Shown: positions 39,989 through 49,807 of the stretch, one piece after another
Position numbering within the stretch: the first letter of the stretch is position 1
How the letters are laid out: each line of letters starts with the position of its first letter
Source of the DNA: an uncultured Candidatus Poseidoniales archaeon
Lineage (GTDB): Archaea > Thermoplasmatota > Poseidoniia > Poseidoniales > Poseidoniaceae
Length of the DNA stretch: 64,000 nt
NCBI GenBank assembly: GCA_905181715.1
Contig: CAJIYT010000009.1
Span: 2,146-66,145 of the forward strand
Direction: 5' to 3'
Position numbers and translations under genes: made by a program
The notes under the pieces: model-generated
Databases searched by the model: none
Seen by the model: the letters and a program-made list of their open reading frames with translations, nothing else
Told to the model about the DNA's origin: nothing

Positions 39989-40750
39989 ATGCGGACAATA
40001 TTTATGGCAGTTTTGTTTTTTTCTGCTACTCTTGCTGGGTGTGTCGAAGATATTGCAGAAAACCATGGTGTCCCCGGTGGATTAACTCTTGCATGCTTAC
40101 GTAATGATGTCTCAGCATTGGTCATCGAAATAGATTATTCAAAAGATAATCAGCCAACAAGTGATTCGATTTCGACCTTAAAATCAAGGTTGGCTTCAGT
40201 TTGTGATAAGCCGGGTGGAATCACCGTGAGTTCAACTTTGACTGATTTTACTCATTCTGGCACATGGACTGCTGATGATGTGCGTACGTCTGGTCACGCA
40301 ACTAGGGAAGCAGGTCCACTTGCACAATCAGGTGTGTTGCGTTGGCATGTAATATTTCCTAGTGGTACCTATAATGATGATTCGGTATTGGGAGTTGCTG
40401 TAGATGCTTCAACCATTGCGATATTTCAGGATTCAGTAGATGAAGCAGAAGGTTTTCTTGGCCGACCGTCTAGAGATGATGTAGAAGAAGCAGTGCTTGT
40501 TCATGAATTTGGCCATCTACTTGGATTGGTAAACCTGGTTTACGATTCACCGTCTTCGCATGAAGATGATGGTCATAAAGGTCATTCAAATAATGAAGAT
40601 TCAGTGATGCACTGGTCTATTGAGACCATTGGTATCAATCAATTTTTGACCGGTGATATTCCCACCGATTTCGATGTGGATGACAGAGCAGATCTTGCAG
40701 GATTAGCAGATGGATCTATCCCTGCAAGAGATCAAATCCACGCTTCATAA
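39989..40750 (+). CDS. Lipoprotein zinc metalloprotease (metzincin-like)
   Basis: Lipobox LAGC; VHEFGHLLGL; Met-turn-like DSVMH; SD GAGGTG. Confidence 0.8.
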   Translation: MRTIFMAVLFFSATLAGCVEDIAENHGVPGGLTLACLRNDVSALVIEIDYSKDNQPTSDSISTLKSRLASVCDKPGGITVSSTLTDFTHSGTWTADDVRTSGHATREAGPLAQSGVLRWHVIFPSGTYNDDSVLGVAVDASTIAIFQDSVDEAEGFLGRPSRDDVEEAVLVHEFGHLLGLVNLVYDSPSSHEDDGHKGHSNNEDSVMHWSIETIGINQFLTGDIPTDFDVDDRADLAGLADGSIPARDQIHAS

Positions 40751-41072
40751 GTCCACTTTTTGCCGAGACGATTTTCGATGCTTCACGCCAAGCGTCAAAA
40801 ATAGACCAAACCCACAATAATAGCCATAATATTACTGTCAAAGCTAGAGGGAATTGTAAGAGTGTCCAATCGAATGCCTTCTGGTGTTGGCGGTTGAAAT
40901 GTTGTCCCAAGAAGAAGAATGGAATCACAGCGACAAGGGCGGCGACCAAAGGCCTCAATGTCCCCCAGAAACCAATGCCGGCAGTAATTTCTCGCCATAT
41001 TTGCATTAGAATCATGCCGCTTTCAGGCTTATTTTCCTGAATCGGAACACGAATTTCAATCTCTTCAGACAT
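40716..41072 (-). CDS. Hypothetical small membrane protein
   Basis: Two hydrophobic helices; W.WSIFDAWREA motif. Confidence 0.65.
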   Translation of the reverse strand: MSEEIEIRVPIQENKPESGMILMQIWREITAGIGFWGTLRPLVAALVAVIPFFFLGQHFNRQHQKAFDWTLLQFPLALTVILWLLLWVWSIFDAWREASKIVSAKSGLMKRGFDLLQG

Positions 41073-41155
41073 CTCGCTCAACCTTGTGTAACCTTGTCGA
41101 GTAGTCAAACCTTATTGCCAAATACTCATCAAGTCCCCTGATAGAGGGGTTGTTA

Positions 41156-42103
41156 ATGCTAAGGCGAAGGGTACTCATCTGCGGGTTTGAGCCCTTTGGC
41201 CTACACGCGGAGAATATCTCCGCACAAGTTGCAGAGTCAATGGATAAAATGCATATCGCTGATTGTGAAGTTGAAGCACAAATATTGACAGTTGACAAAC
41301 CCGGTTCCCTGAGTATAGCGGAAAGGTTGCGTAAAGGCGATAGATTTGCTGGCATTATACTAATGGGCTTAGCCGAAAATGCCGCTGCTCCTCGAATTGA
41401 AGTCTTAGCCCGTGACCTTCTTGATTTCAAAATAGCTGATAACTCCGGACGTCAACCAAATTCACAGCCCATAACTGGTGATGGTGATTTATCAACCAGT
41501 TCAAATGCGGAACATTGGCCTTACAAGTCGTTGCATTTAGCACCGGATCTCTCCAAGGATGCAGGTGCTTTTCTCTGCAATGAACTCTACTATCGAACCT
41601 TACAGGCAATCGATGACGCCACACCATGCATTTTCCTCCATTTACCACCGGCTGATAAATGTCCTAACCCTCAACTTCTGGTACGACAATGTGTCGAGAA
41701 TATGCTTGCAGATGGTCCGGTAGATGTCTCTGCCGCAGCGATTGTGAAGGATGGTAGATTTCTTGTGGCCCGGAGGTCACTTGGCCAGAATCATGCAGGC
41801 ATGTGGGAATTTCCTGGTGGTAAGTGTGAACCCGGTGAGACAATAGTCGAATGTTTACGCCGTGAGGTTTTGGAAGAACTTTCCCTGGAGATTGATGTAA
41901 GAGACCGTATTGGCATATGGCTACCTCGGTTAGAAGGATCGAATATCAGGCTCAATGTGTATCGATGTGTTCCACTTACTCATTCAATCAAATTGACAGT
42001 TCATGATAAAGTCCTCTGGTGTCAACAGCGTGATGATTTGGCTTGGCTTGGCTCGAATGGTGACATTGCTGACGCAGTTACTCGGGTTCTCGATGCCATG
42101 TGA
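41156..42103 (+). CDS. Fusion of pyroglutamyl-peptidase I (C15) and MutT-like NUDIX hydrolase
   Basis: GFEPFG, RIE, S.DAGAFLCN and FLHLP (Glu-Cys-His triad); WEFPGGKCEPGETIVECLRREVLEEL Nudix box. Confidence 0.85.
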   Translation: MLRRRVLICGFEPFGLHAENISAQVAESMDKMHIADCEVEAQILTVDKPGSLSIAERLRKGDRFAGIILMGLAENAAAPRIEVLARDLLDFKIADNSGRQPNSQPITGDGDLSTSSNAEHWPYKSLHLAPDLSKDAGAFLCNELYYRTLQAIDDATPCIFLHLPPADKCPNPQLLVRQCVENMLADGPVDVSAAAIVKDGRFLVARRSLGQNHAGMWEFPGGKCEPGETIVECLRREVLEELSLEIDVRDRIGIWLPRLEGSNIRLNVYRCVPLTHSIKLTVHDKVLWCQQRDDLAWLGSNGDIADAVTRVLDAM

Positions 42104-42596
42104 TGGCATCACCATCAAATCTCATCCGGAAGTCATCACCGATGTTTCTTGGAATGCTAACACGGCCGCGATGCCATGTCGCTGCTTCTATCCAATCACT
42201 GAGGTCAGTACCGGCTAATTCAACAGTAATCACCCCACCTAGCGGAATTTCACCGGGTATTGGGAATGACACCTTGCCGACCAAAGCCGCTTGCCGGCTA
42301 AGATCAAAGGTAGTACGATTGTCGAATATGCGTCGAGACATATGGTCCATTGCAGTATCAAGGATTCGCTGTTGATGTAATTTCTCAAGGTAAGTGGCCA
42401 AACTAATCCCTTCAAAATCTATTTTGGTAGATTTCTCACTCGGGAATTCAGGTTTCTCTGGTAATTGTGTTTCAATCTCTGGAAAGATATTTTGTAGTGC
42501 TTCAAGAACTAAAACGGGATCATTTGCACCATCAATAACAGTAGTTACACGGACGCTGATACCCTCGCCAACTGCGCTCAGTCGCAAACCTGTCAC
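42078..42596 (-). CDS. DUF54/COG1931-like predicted RNA-binding protein
   Basis: VLEALQNIFP, QRILDTA, LSRQAALVGKVSF and PLGG.ITV motifs. Confidence 0.7.
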   Translation of the reverse strand: MTGLRLSAVGEGISVRVTTVIDGANDPVLVLEALQNIFPEIETQLPEKPEFPSEKSTKIDFEGISLATYLEKLHQQRILDTAMDHMSRRIFDNRTTFDLSRQAALVGKVSFPIPGEIPLGGVITVELAGTDLSDWIEAATWHRGRVSIPRNIGDDFRMRFDGDAITWHREPE

Positions 42597-42644
42597 AGGC
42601 TTGCTTCTAGGGTCTGGTTCATCAATCTATCAGGCGGCATTGAA

Positions 42645-43691
42645 ATGTGTAGGGCCACTCCCGTGTTCGTGAGCGAGAGTGGTGATAGCTCAGATGACAA
42701 TTGGTCACAGCGCCAATTATCGATAGCTACTATTCTCCCAGTGCTTGACGAGGCTGAATACATCGAAGCCTGTCTAGAGAGTTTATTGGCCCAAACCATC
42801 GAGCATCAAATCATTGTTCTTGATGGTGGTTCAAGCGACGGGACTCGCAAAATACTTCGCAATTACGCTGGAAGAATAACCATCTTAGACAATCATGGCC
42901 GACACGTTGGTCCTGCCCGCAATCTTGCTTTGGAAAACCTTCCAGAGGATACCACCCATTGTTTTGAGATAATTGGCCATGCCACTATTCCTACAGACCA
43001 CCTTGAGAAAAGAGTAGCTGACCTTCTTGATCTTGAAACAGAATTGGATGTCAAGGTTGGAGCCATTGGGACACGGGTGCTATCGGTAGAGAATCCTGGC
43101 TTGGTAGAAGGTTGGATAGAGGACACACTTGCCTCACCTTTGGGCTCAGGAGGAGGTCAATTCGCCCAATTCAAAGGCCGTTCAAAAGCCAAAGTCCCTG
43201 CATTTGCTCTTCATAGTGTCGAAGCATTACAGGACATAGGAGGGTGGGATGAACGCTTTTTGACAAGCCAAGATTCCGACCTTTCAATGCGAATGCTCGC
43301 CGCAGGATGGCCAATATATCGTTCTGATGCCAGTTATGTGCGAATGCGTAAGCGGAGTAGTTTGCGACAATGGTGGTTGATGTGTCATCGTTATGGTTTC
43401 TGGCGAAGCAAGGTACTACTGAATCATCCTTCACGTTTTGACATTCGTGAATCACTACCAATAATCGGCTTAATCGCTTGCATTTTGTTAGGCGAGTGGG
43501 CGATTGTTCCGTTAGTTACATACGGTGCAGTATTGTTTTTTAGTGGTGTTTTAGCTGCGTTTAACGGCGGCCGTCTAAGTAGTATAATCGGTTTGCCGAT
43601 TTGTCTGTTGATACTTCATACTGCATTTTCAGTGGGTTTAGTCGATGGTATATTTCGTCGAGGTAAGGCAAGCAGAGATCGAACTCTTTAG
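42645..43691 (+). CDS. Glycosyltransferase family 2 (ExoA-like) with C-terminal TM helices
   Basis: ILPVLDE..YIEACLESL, VLDGGSSDGT, ARNLAL, GGWDERF..SQDSDL; start uncertain. Confidence 0.88.
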   Translation: MCRATPVFVSESGDSSDDNWSQRQLSIATILPVLDEAEYIEACLESLLAQTIEHQIIVLDGGSSDGTRKILRNYAGRITILDNHGRHVGPARNLALENLPEDTTHCFEIIGHATIPTDHLEKRVADLLDLETELDVKVGAIGTRVLSVENPGLVEGWIEDTLASPLGSGGGQFAQFKGRSKAKVPAFALHSVEALQDIGGWDERFLTSQDSDLSMRMLAAGWPIYRSDASYVRMRKRSSLRQWWLMCHRYGFWRSKVLLNHPSRFDIRESLPIIGLIACILLGEWAIVPLVTYGAVLFFSGVLAAFNGGRLSSIIGLPICLLILHTAFSVGLVDGIFRRGKASRDRTL

Positions 43692-43747
43692 ACCAATACA
43701 GGCGAACATTGATGATGCTATCGTCTGACCAGAAGGTGAGTGATAGC

Positions 43748-44734
43748 ATGGAGACAAGGCCAAACACCGCGTTTGCTCTACTATTTGTACCAGTATTGGC
43801 TCTCAATGTGTTGCGTTTTGCAATCGAACCAATCGATGCAATGTTCTCCTTCTCTACCGAATTGATGTTGATTTGCAATGGTATCGCTATCGCCTTTGGT
43901 TTCTTTCTTTACAAGAGAACTCAGATGGTACGTGACCATGAATGGCAACGAACCAAAGCTCTCAAAGCTACAAAAAAACAGTTCAAAGCAGAAGAGAGTG
44001 GAGTCTGGGAGAGAGAAGTTGACCACGGAATAGATGATAGCAATATTAGCAAAGAAGCCCTAGAAGGCACTGCTTCTCGCTTCAATCTTGAGATTAAAGA
44101 GATAGAACTCGATCGTGATGAAACCACTGAGGTTCAATTCTTAATGGATTCTGAAGCAGTGATCAATGCCACTCGTCGAGTGACAGGAAAAGATAATTTC
44201 GATGAAAAGCAAATCCAGTCTACGGTTGGAGCTACCCGTAAAACTGGCTTTATGGATCGATTAATCGATTCGGTGATGGACCTTTTCGGCAAGGATTCAC
44301 CGCGTTCAAGGCAAGCGAAGCATGCTGATATTCTAACCCAGAGGGCGATTAATGAGCCGATAATCGCCCAAAAGCCAATCGCTCCAGTACTAAGCATTGA
44401 AGGTGACGCACCAGTTGAGAATCTCGAAATCATGTCTTTAAGTGATCATGGAGATGTAGTGCAAGAATTAAACCCCAGTTCACCGATGATGGCAGATGAG
44501 CAAAAACTGATTCATACTTCACCACAAAGTGGAGTTGTGAACTCACCTCCGGCTGCACCCTCGCACCAACAAGTGACTCAAGCTGTATCCTTTGAGCAAA
44601 TGGCAATGATATCATCTACCCCTACAAGTTCACAAAGAGTTGGTCAATCCTCGGTTTCAGGGCCGTGTTGCCCCGAATGTGGCGCAAGTAGGGAACCTAC
44701 TTCCAGATTCTGTGATAGTTGTGGAGCGGAGTAA
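43748..44734 (+). CDS. Membrane protein with two N-terminal TM helices and a C-terminal zinc ribbon
   Basis: Ends CPECGASREPTSRFCDSCG; SD AGGTGA upstream of ATG 43748. Confidence 0.75.
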   Translation: METRPNTAFALLFVPVLALNVLRFAIEPIDAMFSFSTELMLICNGIAIAFGFFLYKRTQMVRDHEWQRTKALKATKKQFKAEESGVWEREVDHGIDDSNISKEALEGTASRFNLEIKEIELDRDETTEVQFLMDSEAVINATRRVTGKDNFDEKQIQSTVGATRKTGFMDRLIDSVMDLFGKDSPRSRQAKHADILTQRAINEPIIAQKPIAPVLSIEGDAPVENLEIMSLSDHGDVVQELNPSSPMMADEQKLIHTSPQSGVVNSPPAAPSHQQVTQAVSFEQMAMISSTPTSSQRVGQSSVSGPCCPECGASREPTSRFCDSCGAE

Positions 44735-44814
44735 TACCGCTTTACTTTACAATCTCTTTGGCACCAATATTGAAGAGACCCCCTCAGCAGCCATGAATCG
44801 TCGCGAGGGGTCAT

Positions 44815-45936
44815 ATGTCTGAAAAGCGAGACTATTATGAGATTCTTGAAGTTGATAAAAGCGCCGATGCTAAGGACTTAAAGCAAGCATTCCGCAGTCT
44901 CGCTCGTCGCTATCACCCCGATAAGAACGATGCAGATGATGCAGAATCTCGTTTCAAAGAGATTCAGGAAGCTTATGCGGTTCTCTCCGATAGCGACAAG
45001 CGCCAACAATACGACCGCTTCGGGCATAATCCTCCTGGCGGTTCTCCCTTTGGCGCAGGAGGGTTTTCAGATTTCAACATAAACCTCGACGATATTCTTG
45101 GCGGTGATTTCTTTTCATCTTTCTTCGGTGGCTCTCGACGACCAGCAAATACTGGTAATGATATCTTATTACGCCACTCGATCACCTTAGAGCAGGCTTT
45201 TACTGGTGTTAAAGAGCAAATGGATATTGATCTTCCCAGTAAATGCAGTGGTTGTTCTGGAACAGGAGCTAAAGGAGGTAAAACCACGACTTGTAAGGCA
45301 TGTAGTGGTCAAGGAAGAGTTCGTGTTCGGCAACAAGTTGGTCCATTTGTACAAGATGTTGTGCGCACTTGTGACCGCTGTAGCGGACTCGGTTCAACTG
45401 CAGAATCCAGTTGCCGTGAATGTTCGGGTGATGGTATTGTCGTGGAAGAGCAGAGCTTGAAGGTCACCATTCCAGAAGGTGCAGATCAGGGTATGCGGTT
45501 GCGCATTAGGGGCAAAGGCCAACCAGGTAAATATGGCCGTGGTCAGCCGGGAGACCTCTTTATTGAGATTAATTTAGAGGAACACGAATGGTTTGAAAGA
45601 AGTGAACGCGATTTGATAATGTCTCTACCTTTGGGATATGCTGATTTGGTTCTTGGTTGCGAGTTTGAGATTCCACATATCGATGGGGATAAATTGAAGA
45701 TTACCGTGCCTAAGTCTTCTAATTCTGGCGATACTATCACCATTAACGGGAAGGGTATGCCAGATTCGCGCGGCCGAATCCGTGGAGATGTAATTGTACT
45801 ACTCAAATTGGATATGCCTCGGAAGTTTAGTAAGTCGGTAAGGAAAGCCCTCGAAGATTTACGCCAAGATCTACTGAGCGAAAGCGACGTAATAGTGCGG
45901 ATGAAGGCTGATGCAGACGATCGACGTCGTGCTTGA
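44815..45936 (+). CDS. dnaJ: Molecular chaperone DnaJ
   Basis: J domain with HPD, G/F-rich region, four CxxCxGxG repeats, GDLF C-terminal domain. Confidence 0.96.
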   Translation: MSEKRDYYEILEVDKSADAKDLKQAFRSLARRYHPDKNDADDAESRFKEIQEAYAVLSDSDKRQQYDRFGHNPPGGSPFGAGGFSDFNINLDDILGGDFFSSFFGGSRRPANTGNDILLRHSITLEQAFTGVKEQMDIDLPSKCSGCSGTGAKGGKTTTCKACSGQGRVRVRQQVGPFVQDVVRTCDRCSGLGSTAESSCRECSGDGIVVEEQSLKVTIPEGADQGMRLRIRGKGQPGKYGRGQPGDLFIEINLEEHEWFERSERDLIMSLPLGYADLVLGCEFEIPHIDGDKLKITVPKSSNSGDTITINGKGMPDSRGRIRGDVIVLLKLDMPRKFSKSVRKALEDLRQDLLSESDVIVRMKADADDRRRA

Positions 45937-47928
45937 TTACTTTCGCTCTAGGGTTTTTGACGGCTTTGCAGCCATTGGTTCACCCTTTACTATTCCCGAA
46001 AGATGGATGTCAACACTATTTGCCTTTCCGGCAAGATTGATTTGGCTGTAGAGACGATGGCCACACAAGAGGCTATCGATGAAGACTTCATGCTCCCGAT
46101 GTAAGAATCTTGGAGTTACGCTTTCGACTAGCCAAGACTCACCTTCCGGTGCCTCAAAACGTAGGCCTGCGATTTCCCAATCATCCTCGGAGACTTTTAT
46201 TCCAACTAACAATGGCCATGAATCACCTTTGGTCTTTTCATCTTCGAGCCGCCATATAGCGAGATCGATACCTAATGTATGATGGCGCATACATGGTTCA
46301 CCCCATGATTTGATTGAATCTTCCCATTCCATTGAAGCAACTGTGCGCAGTGCTCTGGTCAAATCCTTGCTACTTTTCCTATTCGAATCTGCCTCAGCAA
46401 TGCATTGAATCAACCATTCTCTCCGATCTTTCATCGCTGTCATTCTTGCGGCAAAGCGTTTGTCTCTGCGAATATGGATGACAAGGAATAGCGCAGGAAT
46501 CAAAAATGAGAGACCCAAAATCCAGCGTACTCTCTCCCCCCAAATCTGTGCATTTTCATTTGGAGCAAACCATGGTTCCTCACCTTCGTCAATCAATTTA
46601 TAATTCAGGCGCATAGAATAGCGTATTTCATCCCCATCTCCACCCCATTCCCCGGTAACTGCATCGACACCGTCAACATGCTCAACGCGTAAGAAATGTG
46701 TCCCTAATCCCAACTGTGATGAGATGGTTATTCCACCGGTTTGGAATGTCGCATTGGTAATGGAAATGGGTTGCCATGTTTTCTGATTCATGTCCCAAAT
46801 CGTAACCTCAAGTGAACTTACATTACCTTCGATCATGACTTGCACCATATGGATCGATTCAGGCCAACCTGTAGTTTCAATGCGGAATATATCGCTGTAG
46901 TCATTAATGGCCAGAGATATTTCAGCATTAACAGTGTTACCATCCAAAGGTAGAACGGGCCATGAACTGTTATCGGTAATATTAGTTTGAGGTAACAAAT
47001 TGGGTGCGTCAATTCCGATGGTGACATCATGATGCAATGATTTGCTAAACGACATAGTCCATCTTCCAGAGGTATTTGCGATTATGCTTATGCCATCCAT
47101 CATCGGAATTCCCCAAATAGCACTATTGCCAGCAGGTTTTTCAACAACTCCACTAATGTTATCGCCATAGAAGTAGGCGAAATGAAAGGCGACATCAGAT
47201 TGGATCATCAGTTTCTCAGTTTGTAGTAATGGTAGTGTCAATATGCTTCTACCGATTCTACTTATTTGGCCATCGACATCAAAATGACTAGCATTCGAAA
47301 CCTGATGCCCTCTAAAACTCAACGAATAGACGGTATCAGGAGATTGGGATGTGATTTCGACAATTATTCTTGAGTTTGATGATTCGATGAAAACCGGTTG
47401 ATGCTGTAGCCCAGGGGTGGAATTAGTTGCGGTTCTAATCTCAACTGCAGATTTGTTTTCCATTTGTGCAGATTGTAAATAGAACTCGATTAGAATATCA
47501 TTGGAAGTGGCGATTAATTCTGCTTCAAGATTCCATTCCTCATCAATGTCGAATACCAACACATCGACATCGTCAGACGGTAGGTCGCTCGAGATAATAG
47601 TCGCTTCTTCACAAGGACATTCAGTGTGCATGAATAATGTTTCACTTTGTGCGCTTTCGCTTGGAGTTGGTCTAGTGTCTCTTGGATCAATGACATTGGG
47701 GATGATGATGATACCTTGGCTAGCATTCTCTATCTCAACAGTACCATTTTCTACCTGGAAATCCAATGTGTCTCCTTCAGCAATAGTGTTATTGTTTTGT
47801 CGAACAATGTAATTGCAACCATCACAATTAGTCCAAGCGTGACCCTCTACCGAACTATATGTGGTACTAGCGATGACAGTTGGGACGCAAAGGACAAGGA
47901 CGAGAAATCCTACAATCAGGCTGCGCAT
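45937..47928 (-). CDS. Hypothetical single-pass membrane protein with extracellular and cytoplasmic domains
   Basis: Signal peptide MRSLIVGFLVLVLCVPTVIA; internal TM WILGLSFLIPALFLVI; ~170-aa C-terminal domain. Confidence 0.75.
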   Translation of the reverse strand: MRSLIVGFLVLVLCVPTVIASTTYSSVEGHAWTNCDGCNYIVRQNNNTIAEGDTLDFQVENGTVEIENASQGIIIIPNVIDPRDTRPTPSESAQSETLFMHTECPCEEATIISSDLPSDDVDVLVFDIDEEWNLEAELIATSNDILIEFYLQSAQMENKSAVEIRTATNSTPGLQHQPVFIESSNSRIIVEITSQSPDTVYSLSFRGHQVSNASHFDVDGQISRIGRSILTLPLLQTEKLMIQSDVAFHFAYFYGDNISGVVEKPAGNSAIWGIPMMDGISIIANTSGRWTMSFSKSLHHDVTIGIDAPNLLPQTNITDNSSWPVLPLDGNTVNAEISLAINDYSDIFRIETTGWPESIHMVQVMIEGNVSSLEVTIWDMNQKTWQPISITNATFQTGGITISSQLGLGTHFLRVEHVDGVDAVTGEWGGDGDEIRYSMRLNYKLIDEGEEPWFAPNENAQIWGERVRWILGLSFLIPALFLVIHIRRDKRFAARMTAMKDRREWLIQCIAEADSNRKSSKDLTRALRTVASMEWEDSIKSWGEPCMRHHTLGIDLAIWRLEDEKTKGDSWPLLVGIKVSEDDWEIAGLRFEAPEGESWLVESVTPRFLHREHEVFIDSLLCGHRLYSQINLAGKANSVDIHLSGIVKGEPMAAKPSKTLERK

Positions 47929-47993
47929 ATTGTTTGGCTGCCAATCATCAGTATTCAAATCATTCAAGAGAGGTTCACCTCAGGCATTGGTTG

Positions 47994-49739
47994 ATGCCCC
48001 AACTTGGTCGCACAGTAATCGCTCGTCAAAGGATGGCGAGATTATGGGCCCTAGGTGACCGCAGTGCGCCAGTTTCCTTTACTCCTGGCTTGGTTTTGCT
48101 CGATGGAGATATGGAGCGAGATGTGAGTGTGGCACCCTTTAGTTGCCAAACAGACTCGGCACTTCCCTCTACTATGACTATCACCGGACGCGCTGGATTA
48201 GATCCGTTTGAAAGCGACGTCAATAGCCCACAATATGCTGCGTCAATCGGGCATGTTTTACCTCCTTCTCTCGATGAAGCAGATGCTGGAGAAAAGGCAG
48301 ACACAGGGGACTTACTACCGGTGTCATGGCAGAGGATTCGCCACGACCCTGACTTGTTAGCCAAGGATCTCAATCCGGCGATTATCGCATTGGTAGACGC
48401 ACCGCAATTAGCGCGTAGACCCGGGCGATTAATCGAGGCCATAACTCTACTAAAACGCAGATTCCCTGGTGCATTAATGTGGACTCCGGGTCTATCAGGT
48501 CCTGATAATCTCGCACCGCTCACCTGGTTTGGTGTCGATTTACATGACCAGGTACGTAGTCGTCAATGCGCAGCATCGGGCTATGTCTTGACCACCTCTG
48601 GGCCGAGGAAAATCGAGGATAGCGGTGAACCTGATGTTGACCATTGGGCTATTGCCATTGCTGAAGTGCGTCGTGCGATTCGCGATTCTAGTTTGCGCGA
48701 TTTGGCTGACCGACAAGCACTGACCTCGCCACGTTTAGTCGAGCACATGCGCCGCTATGATGACTTGATGTCTGAGAGCAGTGATCATCTTTCACAAATT
48801 GTTGATAATGATGTTCAGTTCAATTGTCATAGTGAAGCGGCGCAGAAAGATCCTTTGGTACGCAATTGGCAACGCTTTATGCGCGATGAATACCAAAGCC
48901 CCAAAGGTATGACTGACGTCTTGATTTTACTGCCCTGTTCAGATCGTAAACCATATTCTTCTTCAAAGTCCCATAAGAGATTCTTCAGAGCGATTTCCCA
49001 TAACAGCTGTCATGAATTAATGATCACCTCTCCATTAGCAGTGGTGCCACGTGACTTGGAGAATATCTGGCCTACTGGAAAGTATGACCTACCGGTGACC
49101 GGTGATTGGAGTCTGGATGAAGTAAATGTTATTCACGAGGTTTTGTCCGGAATGTTAGCACGCAATAAATACCGAGTTATTCTCAATCACAGTGGCATGG
49201 ACATTTCGATTGAGGGTGTCGATATCATCGATACTAGACTCGGTGATCGGGCGACTAGTGATGAGGCATTGGATCGATTAAGCGAAGCCTGCAAGGAGAA
49301 TATCAGCAGAGGTCGGAGAAGAGGGGAGCAAGTCAACATGGACAATTTATGTAGCGTGGCTAGATATCACCATTTGAATGATGACTGGCTCAAAGATTGT
49401 CGCATAAGAGGGCGTTTCCCGCGTTGGAAAATCGAAAAGGATGACAAGCAATTAGCCATGTGGTCTCCGGAGAGAGCAGGGTTTTCAATCTCTAAATCTG
49501 GTATCGAGTATCTTCATCAGAATGATAGTCTCGCACGAATCCACTTGATTGAGGGTTTCAAACTAAAAGGAGACTTGCATATTGGTATAATGAAGTCCTG
49601 GGACATGGATCTGCAGAAGGGTAGTGATGTCCTACTTATGCAGAGCAGTGAAGTGGTTGGGATCGCCAGATGCTTGGCTCCTTCTTGGGAATGGAATGGC
49701 ACCCCCGGGCGTCTGTTGAAGTTGCATCATAAGTTGTGA
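47994..49739 (+). CDS. arcS: Archaeosine synthase subunit alpha-like protein (TGT-like, DUF5591 and PUA domains)
   Basis: LLPCSDRKPYSSSKSH, ITSPLAVVPRDLE and YDLPVTGDW motifs; C-terminal PUA-like region; start uncertain. Confidence 0.85.
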   Translation: MPQLGRTVIARQRMARLWALGDRSAPVSFTPGLVLLDGDMERDVSVAPFSCQTDSALPSTMTITGRAGLDPFESDVNSPQYAASIGHVLPPSLDEADAGEKADTGDLLPVSWQRIRHDPDLLAKDLNPAIIALVDAPQLARRPGRLIEAITLLKRRFPGALMWTPGLSGPDNLAPLTWFGVDLHDQVRSRQCAASGYVLTTSGPRKIEDSGEPDVDHWAIAIAEVRRAIRDSSLRDLADRQALTSPRLVEHMRRYDDLMSESSDHLSQIVDNDVQFNCHSEAAQKDPLVRNWQRFMRDEYQSPKGMTDVLILLPCSDRKPYSSSKSHKRFFRAISHNSCHELMITSPLAVVPRDLENIWPTGKYDLPVTGDWSLDEVNVIHEVLSGMLARNKYRVILNHSGMDISIEGVDIIDTRLGDRATSDEALDRLSEACKENISRGRRRGEQVNMDNLCSVARYHHLNDDWLKDCRIRGRFPRWKIEKDDKQLAMWSPERAGFSISKSGIEYLHQNDSLARIHLIEGFKLKGDLHIGIMKSWDMDLQKGSDVLLMQSSEVVGIARCLAPSWEWNGTPGRLLKLHHKL

Positions 49740-49807
49740 ACTCTTCATGCCTGATAGTAGCGGTTAAGAATAGGGAGCCAGTCGCCGGCTTGCTCAGAGG
49801 TGTTCAC

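Noticed and set aside
44758-44785. CIRCE-like half site TTGGCAC upstream of dnaJ
   Set aside because: No matching right half at the required spacing
49775-49795. Small hairpin before rps15 as an autoregulatory leader
   Set aside because: Only 8 bp with a mismatch, and probably upstream of the TSS implied by GGTTAAG at ~49762
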